Positions 10,911-22,011 of a stretch of DNA of 64,000 nucleotides are shown here, in pieces. Both the position numbers and the translations under genes were made by a program. The DNA is from Lingula anatina. Lineage: Eukaryota > Animalia > Brachiopoda. The DNA lies in assembly GCA_051362555.1 (NCBI GenBank), contig CM120642.1, positions 16,182,001 through 16,246,000 of the forward strand. The letters run 5' to 3'. Position 1 is the stretch's first letter, and each line of letters begins with the position of its first letter. A model generated the notes under the pieces. It did no database searches and was not told the DNA's origin. It saw nothing but the letters and a program-made list of their open reading frames with translations.

Positions 10911-13900
10911 ATAGGAACATCAATAATATTTACACGTTGACAAGCGACATTTTACTGCCTGGTTAACAATTTACATTTGTCTCAAAGTGCCGCAGGCCGA
11001 CACGGGTGTAGCGTGACGAAACTGTCCCGTGTTCAAACAGTACAGTCTTATCTCTGGTTGCTCACTGTAGTATAACAGACGAAATAAAGATTGTTTTAAG
11101 GAATAAATATTTTGTTTATACTATCAACATATTTTGTTCTTGTTCATGTACAAGATATTTTTAAAATGCTGATGAAAAGTATGTTTAATTAAATTTTACA
11201 AAAGAATCATAAAAAATAACGTATTTTTTCAAGGCGTCAAGACGGTAAGAACTCCTGTTAATTTAAGTAAAACATGAATCCTGTTAAATCCGCAATGGTC
11301 ACTATTTCTGATTTTTTAAAAATCAAACCCATACCTTAGAAATGCGATAAAAAGAGCCGGCAAACATATCCACAGATTTGTTAACGACGATCTCAGGCAA
11401 CAAGGCAATCCAAGTACGTGACGAAGAGACCTTCATTCTCAGACACATGCTCTGACAATGTGATATCGGCGCACTGCACTTCAAGATCGAGAAATGATCG
11501 AGAGTATTGGTTCTGCATTACTCACCTTTATGAAGTTTCCACCCTCGATCTCTAGGAACTGTCTTTCGGAGAATATAGTCCGTTTGTTCTGATTTCATTT
11601 GTAGTACTGATTCACTAGTTTCAGTGCGGCAAGTTATACACGACCCTGACCTACTGATGATATGACCTTTAACCCCGCACGAGCACGAGAGCTGATCCAC
11701 GTGAGCCGTGTGACAGCCGTTTCTCCGTTAATAATCAGTTCATCGTTTTCTCCAAGACACATGCGAACAGCAATTAAGTGAAAACCTTTGGATTTTCGTC
11801 GTAAATATAAGCATACATGTGGACCTATAAACCACACCAATATACCAGAGCTGTTCACCTTTGATAAAATACAATTTGAATAAAAAATTGCTGGAATGTT
11901 CAGGATTTTTTTTTTCCTAATGAAAGGACCTGTTGAATGTTGAAAACCAGTCTGACGTTAATCTGGGCGAATGTGGACCTATTGGTTCTAGTAATTATGT
12001 TTGATACATTCCTAATAATAATAATAATAAAAATAAAATACTATTAAAATCAATACTAGTGTCTTTCTTCGAGATGGATAAGGGCTACAGTGTATTTTAA
12101 TGAGGACATGACTTCACCTGTTCTTGGTCAGGATAAACGGAATTAAGATTATGAATAACGTTAAGACTTTTGATCTTAAAAAAGAGAATTGAAGGAAGGA
12201 TAGGGAGATACGCAGACGACCATAGAATGCCATCTGATAAAAAAAGTGTCCAGTGCAAAAATAATTTTTTTCTTAATTTAAGAAAAAATATCATCAGAGA
12301 TCCCAGCTATCATGCTCCGTACGTGTGATGCATAGATAACATACAATTTCGACACGACATAAAAAGTAATTTGAGTATTCAGGCAATCATAATCTAGCTG
12401 CTTATATAAAACCTAGCTGCTTGTTTCTGATAAAAATAATTTATGGGGTTTCAAATGGATCTTGATAGAAAAAGGAATAGAGAAGATAAAGGATACCATA
12501 GTACAATCCCGTCTCCTCCATTTAGATCTGAAAGCCAAATAATGATCAGCTAGTGTATGACCACTGCATTCTACGGTGGTGAGACCACAGCCGCTGTGGA
12601 ATCTCCTTCTCATTGCATTTACTTAAGTGAGCATTAGTTGACGTCAGTTTCCTTTAAAACTGGGATTTAAAGTGCTGTAGCTGAGACGCTAAAAACGCAA
12701 TCACCACTGATCACTAAGCTCTTCTAGAAAACACAGTCACAGACTTGTAACAACTGGAGACACCTCGGTTTATTTGTGGGTATAACGATACAGGGGCGGA
12801 TCCAGTATTATTTGAAGGGGGGGGGGGCGCAGATGCAAAGCCGACCCCCGTCCCCCTGGAAACTAGGCGTGGGGTTAGCGGCCCGCTGAAGGGCCTGAAA
12901 AATTTTGGTATTTTGGAGGGCAAATTAACGGTGCCATTTGGTACGGTTTAGAACATTTAGTGCATTTATAACAAGAGGAACATAACTCATATTATAAACC
13001 AATTTAAATTTTAAGTAGACTGCCTTGGATTTATCTTGAACGGGAGTTGACCAAGTTCTGGATGAAAAGATCAGACCAATTTTGGAGCTAAAGTAATTTG
13101 GTGGTAGCTGCTTCTTGCACGATTATTACTTCCGTAACCATCATTCTGCATTTTAGTATCTTAAATAGCTCCTTTTAATGTCACGGAAGAAAAACTGGCA
13201 CTTTTCCTAAAAAGCTATAAAAATGCCAAAATTAACAAACATTCTTATTGGGGGGGGGGGGGGAGTACAATTTTGTTTGCCTTTTACTAGCAATGAATAC
13301 AAATTAGACAATATGACACCAGAAAGCTTTAACCTTTATTTCTAATTAAACATTACAAAAATCGAATACAGAATTAAGAGAAACACGATTTATTATTTAT
13401 TTTCAAATGTTAAATTGCAGATTGGTGCAGATTGTCTATTTATATGCAATTAATACTCTTCAAAAACTGCATTCTGGATTAATTTTTTTCAACATCCCAG
13501 GAACAAATAATTCTTTAATGAATAAGGAAAACTTCTTTAAGGAAAATGATCGACCCACCTTTGTAACAAATGTTATAAAAAATATACACTTTAATTCAAT
13601 TCTTTTATTTTATTGCTCTTTACTTTACATAAAATGTGCAACAACAAGTAAGAAAGCTTGCTTTGGAATCGTTTGGATCATTGGTATAATCTCAAGTAAA
13701 TGTCCACTTATAATTTTTGATTTAGAGAATAAAATGTACTCATGTAAAGTTATTGCTCAACCACACTTGAGAAAATCGGGAAAGCAGTGACATGCGATCC
13801 TCCCTTGAGGAATGACTGTGTGCACCCAGCATTCATCAGGAGGAAAAGGATTAGAATTAGTAAGGGTAACGGAAAGGACTTAAATTATGATTTTCTCGAA

Positions 13901-14179
13901 TGCTATGCTAAACAATTCCTCCGTCATCAAAGGCAAACATTTTATAAATACTTATTCCAAACGACTGGCTGAAATGTGGACAACAATAACTGTAGGCAAT
14001 ACCAATGTTTCTCATGAGAAATTAACCTTGCATATTTCTCATATAGACCATGGTCCAAAATGTTTCAGTTATTCTCAACATGGATATGAACTGGGTACAC
14101 TATTCGATGCATTCCTTAAATTATATTTGGTGTTTCGCAAGTTATGAGAAATGCCTCTAAATACACAATATATAAAATT

Positions 14180-16602
14180 TATTAACCTTAAATTGTTGAT
14201 CCCAAGAGTAGTTAAAGGGATAATAACTCTTCGTTTCGGCCAAAAAATGAATTTTCCCAGAGTAAACAAAAATTTTTTTCTCATACTTACCAATGGTTAA
14301 TCAATCCATTTTTACATTCAAAGTTAGTCCCTGGTATTTTTCTAAAAAGTTTGTTTTTTTTCAAAATCTCTTAAAATCTCTTATAGCCATCAATGGATGT
14401 CACATGGTCTAAAGAAAAGCGCAGATATCAGAATAATAGCTATAACTGCTGTTTTTGTGGTAAAACAGATTATATTTCTATGAGTTATTCACAATGTTTT
14501 TAGTGTGAAATATAGATCTCATACGAAGAGTTATTATCCCTTTAATGTCCAAGTGGAGGCCCTCATCATCTTCTATGTCCTGTAAAAAGAAATAAAAACA
14601 AGATTAGATATTGTTCAATTTACCTTTCTCTTCAAAATAAAACTTTACTAACCTTAATTTGTTGATCCTGCATGTGTGGAGACGATGTCCAAGTGGAGGC
14701 CCTCATCATCTTCTATGTCCTGTAAAAAGAAATAAAAACAAGATTAGATATTGTTCAATTTACCTTTCTCCTCAAAATAAAAGTTTACTAACCTTAATTT
14801 GTTGATCCTGCATGTGTGGAGACGATGTCCAAGTGGTGGCCCTCATCATCTTCTATGTCCTGTAAAAAGAAATAAACACAAGATTAGATTTTGTTTAATT
14901 TACCTACGCTCCCACCAAAAGAAAAAAGTTTACTAACCGTAAGTCGTTGATCCACCCATTGTAGTCTATTTCCATGTGCATGCACTCAAAATCTTCTATG
15001 TCCTGTAATAATAAATAAAAACAAGATCAGATTTTGTTCAATTTACCTTCCTCCTAAAAATAAAAGTTTACTAACCTTAATTTGTTGATCCTGCATGTGT
15101 GGAGACGATGTCCAAGTGGTGGCCCTCATCATCTTCTATGTCCTGTAAAAAGAAATAAAAATAAGATTAGATTTTTTAAATTTACCTACATGTACACTCC
15201 TCCAAAAGAAAAAAGTTTACTAACCGTAAGTCGTTGATCCGCCCATTGTAGTCTATTTCCAGGTGGAGGCCCCCATAATCTTCTATGTCCTGTAAAAAGA
15301 AATAAAAATGAGATGAGATTTTGTTCAATTTACCTCTCTCCTCAAAATAAAAGTTTACTAACCTTAATTTGTTGTTCCTGCATGTGTGGTGTCGATGTCC
15401 AAGTGGAGGCCCCCATAATCTTTTTTGTCCTGAAAAAAAGAAATAAAAACAAGATTAGATTTTTTAAATTTACTTACACTCGCCCAAAAGGAAAAAGTTT
15501 ACTAACCGTAAGTCGTTGATCCGCCCATTGTAGTCTATTTCCAAGAGGGGGCTCTCATCATCTTCTATGTCCTGTAAAAAGAAATAAAACAAGATTAGAT
15601 TTTGGTCAATTTACGTTCCTCCTTGAAATAAAAGTTTACTTACCTTAATTTGTTGATCCTGCATGTGTGGAGACGATGTCCAAGTGTAGGCCCTCATCAT
15701 CTCCTTTGTCCTGTTAAAAGAGATAAAAACAAGATTAGATTTTTTAAATTTACCTACACTCCCCCAAAAGAAAAAAGTTTACTAACCGTAAGTCATTGAT
15801 CCGCCCATTGTAGTCTATCTCCAAGAGGGGGCACTCATCATCTTCTATATCCTGAAAAAAGAAATAAAAACAAGATTAGATTTTTTTAATTTACTTACAC
15901 TCGCCCAAAAGAAAAAAGTTTACTAACCGTAAGTCGTTGATCCGCCCATTGTAGTCTATTTCCAAGAGGGGGCTCTCATCATCTTCAATGTCCTGTAAAA
16001 AGAAATAAAAACAAGATTAGATTTTGTTCAATTTATGTTCCCCCTTAAAATAAAAGTTTACTTACCTTAATTTGTTGATCCTGCATGTGTGGAGACGATG
16101 TCCAAGTGGAGGCCCTCATCATCTCCTTTGTCCTGTAAAAAGAAATAAAAATGAGATGAGATTTAGTTAAATTTACCTTTCTTCTCAAAAATAAAAGTTT
16201 ACTAACCTTAATTTGTTGATCATGCATGTGTGGAGACGATGTCCAAGTGGAGGCCCTCATCATCTTGTATATCCTGTAAAAAGAAATAAAAACAAGATCA
16301 GATTTTGTTCAATTTACCTTCCTCCTAAAAATAAAAGTTTACTAACCTTAATTTGTTGATCCTGCATGTGTGGAGACGATGTCCAAGTGGAGGCCCTCAT
16401 CATCTTATATGTCCTGTAAAAAGAAATTAAAACAAGATTAGATTTTTTAAAATTTACCTACACTCCCCTAAAAGAAAAAAGTTTACTAACCGTAAGTCGT
16501 TGATCCGCCGATTATAGTCTATGTCCAAGTAGAGGCGCTCATCATCTTCTATGTTCTGTAAAAAGAAGTAAAAATGAGATTTGATTTTTTTTTTTCACTT
16601 CT

Positions 16603-16633
<31 letters not shown>

Positions 16634-16820
16634 CTAACCTTAAATTTTGATCCTGCGAGTGCAATCGATGTCCAAGTGGAGGCGCTCATCATGCTCTATG
16701 TCCTGTAAAAATAAATAAAAACGAGATAAGATTTTCTTTTCAATTTACCTCCCCCCTCGCTTCCCCCCCCCCCCCCCCCCAAAAAAAAAAAAAAGTTTAT
16801 TTACCTTAAATTGTTGATCA
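14180..16820 (-). repeat. Tandem array of about 16 units of about 140 bp, each an exon (65-67 nt) plus intron (about 73-77 nt), in two subtypes
   Basis: Each unit on the minus strand has AG|GTTAGT or GTAAGT, a CTAAT branch-like motif, a pyrimidine tract and TACAG|. Confidence 0.9.
14216..14541. mobile_element. Kolobok/T2-type MITE, copy 2
   Basis: Same TIR and TTAA TSD. It interrupts the last unit of the tandem array. Confidence 0.85.
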
Positions 16821-16967
16821 GGTGTGTAGTTAAGTTTTTTTTATTGACACAATACATCACAAATGCATGACAATACAAACAAGTCAAATGTACAGACAAA
16901 AAGCACAAAATAAAAATGCACAAAATAGGATACTGTCAATTCTGATGCAATAATGCATTATGCTTAA

Positions 16968-17314
16968 AGGGATAATAACTCTTCGAAGGAGATCTATATT
17001 TCACAATAAAAACATTGTGAATAACTCATAGAAATATAATATATTCTGTTTTACCACAAAAATGGCAGTTATAGCTATTATTCTGCTATCTGAGTTTGTC
17101 TTTAGATCACGTGACCTCCACTGATGGCTATACTCTGTTATACTCTGTTAAAATTAAGAGATTTTAACAAAAAACCAAACTTTTTAGAAAAAAAAAAAAC
17201 AGGGACTAACTTTGAATGTAAAAATGGATTCATTAACCATTGGTAAGTATGGGAAAATTGTTGTTTACTCCAGGAAAATTCATTTTTTGGCCAAAACGAA
17301 GAGTTATTATCCCT
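16968..17314. mobile_element. Kolobok/T2-type MITE, copy 3 (inverted orientation)
   Basis: Same TIR and TTAA TSD. Confidence 0.85.
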
Positions 17315-18268
17315 TTAACTGCATACCTAACATCAAATTTTAAGTCTGCTCAATGGTTAATAAAGATGAAAGTAAAATGTGTAACAAGCATTAGACTGGG
17401 TTCCCATACCTAGATCAATTTAACAGGATTGATCCACCTCCAAGGGGTTTCTCACTAAATTGCTTTCAGCTTAAGCGGCTTGGCATTCTGGCGTGACAGA
17501 CATCTAAGCCACTTACATTGATTTTAATTTAGCTAGAATCCCCCCGGAGACAGATCGTTTCATAGTTAGCACAATAGAGTCTGGAAATTGTCCCTAAGGC
17601 TTCAGGCTGATAAGAGTTCAAGTTCATATTTTTAAAATGCAAGAATGAGAAAAAGGGGAAAATTTCAAAAAAAAAAAAAAAATTGCATAAATTCAATAAA
17701 AATTTTCTAATATGAGCTGTATGTCAATCCTCAGAATCATTCTCATAAGTTAAAAGATACAGAAAAAGTTACTTGTGCAGAGCTCCTGATGGATAGGAGT
17801 GAAAAGTGACATCTTGAAAATGCCAGTTTGAAAAATGAAAGATTAAAAAAGGAAACATTACAAAAATATTTCACTAAAGCGTCCATTCCATCTAGCTGTA
17901 TTACCATGATATGAATCATCCCACTTATCTTTGAAGATAATAAAATCTCAACATGTGTGTTTTATGTTAGCTCATTTAATGGCCACTTCAGACTTAATTA
18001 GGCAAGTGACTTAATAGCTCTGAACCTAACTTATGATTACCCAAGGGACTATTACAGACTGACCACCCATCTTATCCATATATCACAAACTAAGTACTAC
18101 AAGTTAACAGGCAGAAGACTTCAGGCCTATGAGAGTTCAACTTCACACTTTGAAAATGCTAGAATGAGAAAAATGAAACGTTCACAAAAATTCAAGAAAA
18201 AAACAGAAAATAATAATGCACAAAAAAAAAGGATGCTCAGTTCTGATGCAATATTACATAATACTTAA

Positions 18269-19220
18269 AGACAGTCTCAGCGCGTTAAACCCTTAAAATA
18301 GCACGAAAATGAATTTTCCTGGAAAACTCACCAATTTCCCCATAATGACCAAGGTATATCCTATCCAAAACCGTCCAGAAAATGAAGCTACCTAATACCG
18401 TTTTTAAGTTCCATTAAATAATAAAAGACGACTCGTCTTAAATACTCAGCTACCACCTCACAGTACGGCTTCAGAACGCGCAATTTCTCGCTAAGTCTCG
18501 CGGTTTACTATGAATGAAGTACTACGGCTGAGACCCTGATGTTACTATTTGGCGCCAAAACAGCAAACATGGCTCAGACGCGCGTCAAGTCTGAACAGGA
18601 GAGCGACAAAAGGGGGCGAAAGAAAATAGCCACTCCAGTTCGAAAGATACGAAAGAAAATTAGAGACAGACGAAGAAGCACTCAGACTGTGTATGTTGGG
18701 AGGGAGGTGGGGCGGTGGAGGACACTTAAAGCTGAGTTAGGACTCACATACGCTTCACAGGTCTCAAGTGTGTCTGATTATCATATTATCCTGTTCACAA
18801 TAAATGACAATATTTGTGCTCATACAAAGTTGGTTACGTGTGTAAGAGCGTTTTGGGCTTTACGTTTTCTGTTTTTGATCGGTACATGTACCGAAAAGAT
18901 GGACAGGCGGCACTTACATGTCTGACAAGTTACGCTGTGTAGTCGTGACGTCTATCTCATTCTGACTGAAGCCTGCTGTGATTGGTCGTAAGCGTGGGAA
19001 AATCGAGGTCGTGACCTTGAGCCGGAAGTACTTCTGGCTGTGCTCCGAAATCATGATAAATAGTTTTCGCTTTCTAATTCTTTATTCTTGTTGTCTTAAC
19101 AGGACTTTTGTGACCCAGACTTATTCATATAATAATAAACAATCTCCCAAAACACAAATCTGATCAAAGTTTTACATAGAACCTGCTTCTATACATTAAT
19201 CTAACCCACTGAGTTGTCCT
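18269..19220 (+). mobile_element. Non-autonomous Kolobok-like DNA transposon with a short basic ORF (18539-18925)
   Basis: Imperfect TIRs AGACAGTCTCAG / CTGAGTTGTCCT and a TTAA TSD supported by an empty-site paralog near 19541-19585. It shares the subterminal motif AAAATGAATTTTCCTGGA with the MITEs. Confidence 0.7.
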
Positions 19221-19685
19221 TTAACAGCATAATCACTAGCAAATTTTAATAATAAAATAAAAGTATCATGGATATTCAGATAATGTGACTGGCAAAGGTC
19301 TTTAAGCCAGTGGAAGTTCAAAGTCGCACCTTGAAAATGCCAATATGTAAAAAATTTAATTTTCACAAATAACTGCATAACTTCCAGAAAAATTAACCAA
19401 TAAGACAAAATTTCCAACTACAGCTGTATTTTAGTCCTGTGTTTCTTTCCTGTAAGTGTGAGAAGAGTAAGTGACATGTTTTTCCTTTAATAGTCACTAT
19501 GGAGGCAGTGCCCAAAATAGGGTTTTCTTCAATTTTGGTGCAATATTACATAATGCTTAACAGCATAATCACCATCAAATTTTAATATTAAAGTAAAAGT
19601 ATCATGGATATTCAGAAAATGTGACTAGCCAAAGCCCATGGAATTTCAGAGTCGCATCTTCAAGTCTTGAAAATGCCAAAATGTA

Positions 19686-20205
19686 AACAAGAGCTAACTG
19701 TACTGAAATGTGTTTATTTCCATTATCAACACCTGTTTTACGTAAAGCAAAATATTCAATTGTGGATTTCAAGACAATAGGCTGATCGGTTTACCTTGAA
19801 ATGTGTTACCAGTGTTGTATATATGCTAAAAAAGCGAAAAAGAAGCATAACTTTTATGAAAATGGCGTGATCATGCTGATTTTAAAACTTGACCTGTGTA
19901 TTATGCAAATTCATCGGTTCTGTAAGTTTCAAGTCAAAAGATAATACGGTTTTCCACTTATCGTGTTTTCGGTGTTGCATATATGTTGAAAAAGTGAAAA
20001 AAAACAGCATAACTTACATAAAAATGGCGCGATCATGCCGATTTTCGAACTTTACCTGCGTATTATGAATATTCATCAGTTGTGTAAGTTTCAAGCCAAA
20101 AAGTAAAATGGATTTCTACTTATCGTGTTATCGGTGAAAGTGCACTGCGACGACGGACGCAGGTGACGGCTATATGTACAGACACATCTGTGTCTGTACA
20201 TAAAA
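19686..20205. mobile_element. HINE-like element with internal tandem duplication
   Basis: Starts AACAAGAG, has two roughly 165-bp internal repeats, then GACGGACG and the palindrome ATGTACAGACACA-TC-TGTGTCTGTACAT, ending in an A run. Confidence 0.55.
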
Positions 20206-21849
20206 AGGGAACAACACTCAATTACACTTGAGAGAAAATGTACATCAGCCGCAGAAGAGAAACAGAACAAAACACGACGAGCGTGACCTAAATAGGGCAT
20301 ATGACTCTTGGTTCTAGCCTCAAAGGGCAATTTAGAACGACCTAGAAACATGGACGTAAGTTGAATATGAGAGAAATGAAAAGAGAGAATGACATGGTGG
20401 CACTTACCCATCTCCAGTAGCTTGGATTTCAGTCTATTGAAGATGAATTTTCCTGTGGCGGTTATTTGACATCCGGGCTAAGAGCTGAGTGTTATTTGTA
20501 CATGTACATTTCCCAGAGCGACGAGTCCGCATGGATTGAAGAGTCGAATTCACGGAGACACACTATATTGAAGAAAGACGATACATTCGGTGTTTTGTGC
20601 TAGTAAAGAAACTATCCTCAACTGCGATACATTGGCGTAGGATCACACGAGATTTAAAGGCGGTTCCCCAAAGAAATTCGCGCTCACTTCGCGTCCTTTG
20701 TTCTCCTCTGGTGTGCAACGCAATATGTCCATCATGCTGCTCTGTGTGCTGTTAAGTTATTACACGTTCACAATTGCCCGCTCTTAGACTTCCAATCGTA
20801 GATTGTCGGCTGGGGGCGTTGCTGTCGTCACCATGCTGTCAGTTTCAACACGGGGGTGTCGTATGAGAGTGAGACCCAAATTTCATTTTTGTAATGTATA
20901 GATACACCTACGTTTGAAATGCATTCAGCATTTTCATACCTCAACTTTTTTTGTATAAAATGAAAAGAAAAACACGCATTTAATTCGGAGGGAAGAATCA
21001 ATGTTATAATAGTTTTCGGAGGGAACCCACGCATTCCTCTCCCCCAGTTATGTTTGACAGTATCCTTGCATCTTGTTGACATGATATCAACCTGATGTTT
21101 ACTAACCTGCCCCAGGCCATCATTGGACTACCGCGTACACTGCAGGAACACTTATCCACAATATACACTGAACCACAGTGGACTTTGAAGAAACTTGCAT
21201 TTCATTTCTTGCTTCACAGATGATGTTTTAACATCATCTGTTAAAATATATCATCACTTTATCTTAATCAAAATTAAGATAAAGTGATGATATATTTTTT
21301 GCTATAAACATTTATGTGGAGTTGTCCATTTTTTTTTTTTTTTTTTGTAGCTTTAATTTTGCAAGGAGAAAGGATAACAAAAGGATAACATACTTGGTGT
21401 AATTCAATGTTTTAGTTACTTTTTACATTTGCTTAAATATTTTTACTACTTCTTATATTTGCTTGAAAGAAGATGGCATGCAGGGCTCCTTAGTCACCCT
21501 TTTCACTGTTCAGAACTGGCATGGTTAAAAAAAATCGCGTATGTGTGGAGGGGGGGGGAGTAACCTTCCTCAGCTCCTGTGATCTTTTGTTGTTTAATTA
21601 CCAAAATAAACAGGTATGTAGCCGGAAAAGGGGGGGGGGGGCGAACCCCAGATGAAGGTTGTCTGCTTAGGGCAATTTATGAGTTGTGTACACGGAGGTT
21701 TCATGGGAAAAGGTCAACTTTTTCAGGAAATTACACCCCTCCTTTGAAATGGCTGGGTACAGACCTGATAGTCTGCAATTTCTTTTTCCAACTTCTTTAC
21801 TAATTTACTAATCAACCAGTCGTTTCTTGGAAAGGGGTCGTTTTGAAAA

Positions 21850-21980
21850 CATCGCCGCCATGTACCTCCCTTTTCAAAGCGTGTATATCGTCATGTGACG
21901 TCACTTGTAATTACTAAAGTGCAGATCGGCGCTGATAACATACAGTAGACATTAATATTTGATTTAAGCGCCATTTTCGC
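21850..21980 (+). promoter_or_regulatory. CpG-rich SLC44 promoter with overlapping M-box/CLEAR-like and CRE motifs and YY1-like motifs
   Basis: GTCATGTGACGTCAC at about 21889-21904. CCGCCATGT and GCGCCATTTT lie just upstream of the ATG at 22012. Confidence 0.55.
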
Positions 21981-22011
21981 GGAAATAAACTCGTAGAATT
22001 AACAGTATAAG

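Noticed and set aside
14180-16820. CRISPR-like array or repetitive protein CDS
   Set aside because: The context is eukaryotic, there are no unique spacers, and the exon lengths and stops break any long frame.
14216-17314. Composite transposon formed by two inverted MITEs around the array
   Set aside because: Each MITE has its own TTAA TSD, and the left one interrupts an array unit that continues outside it.
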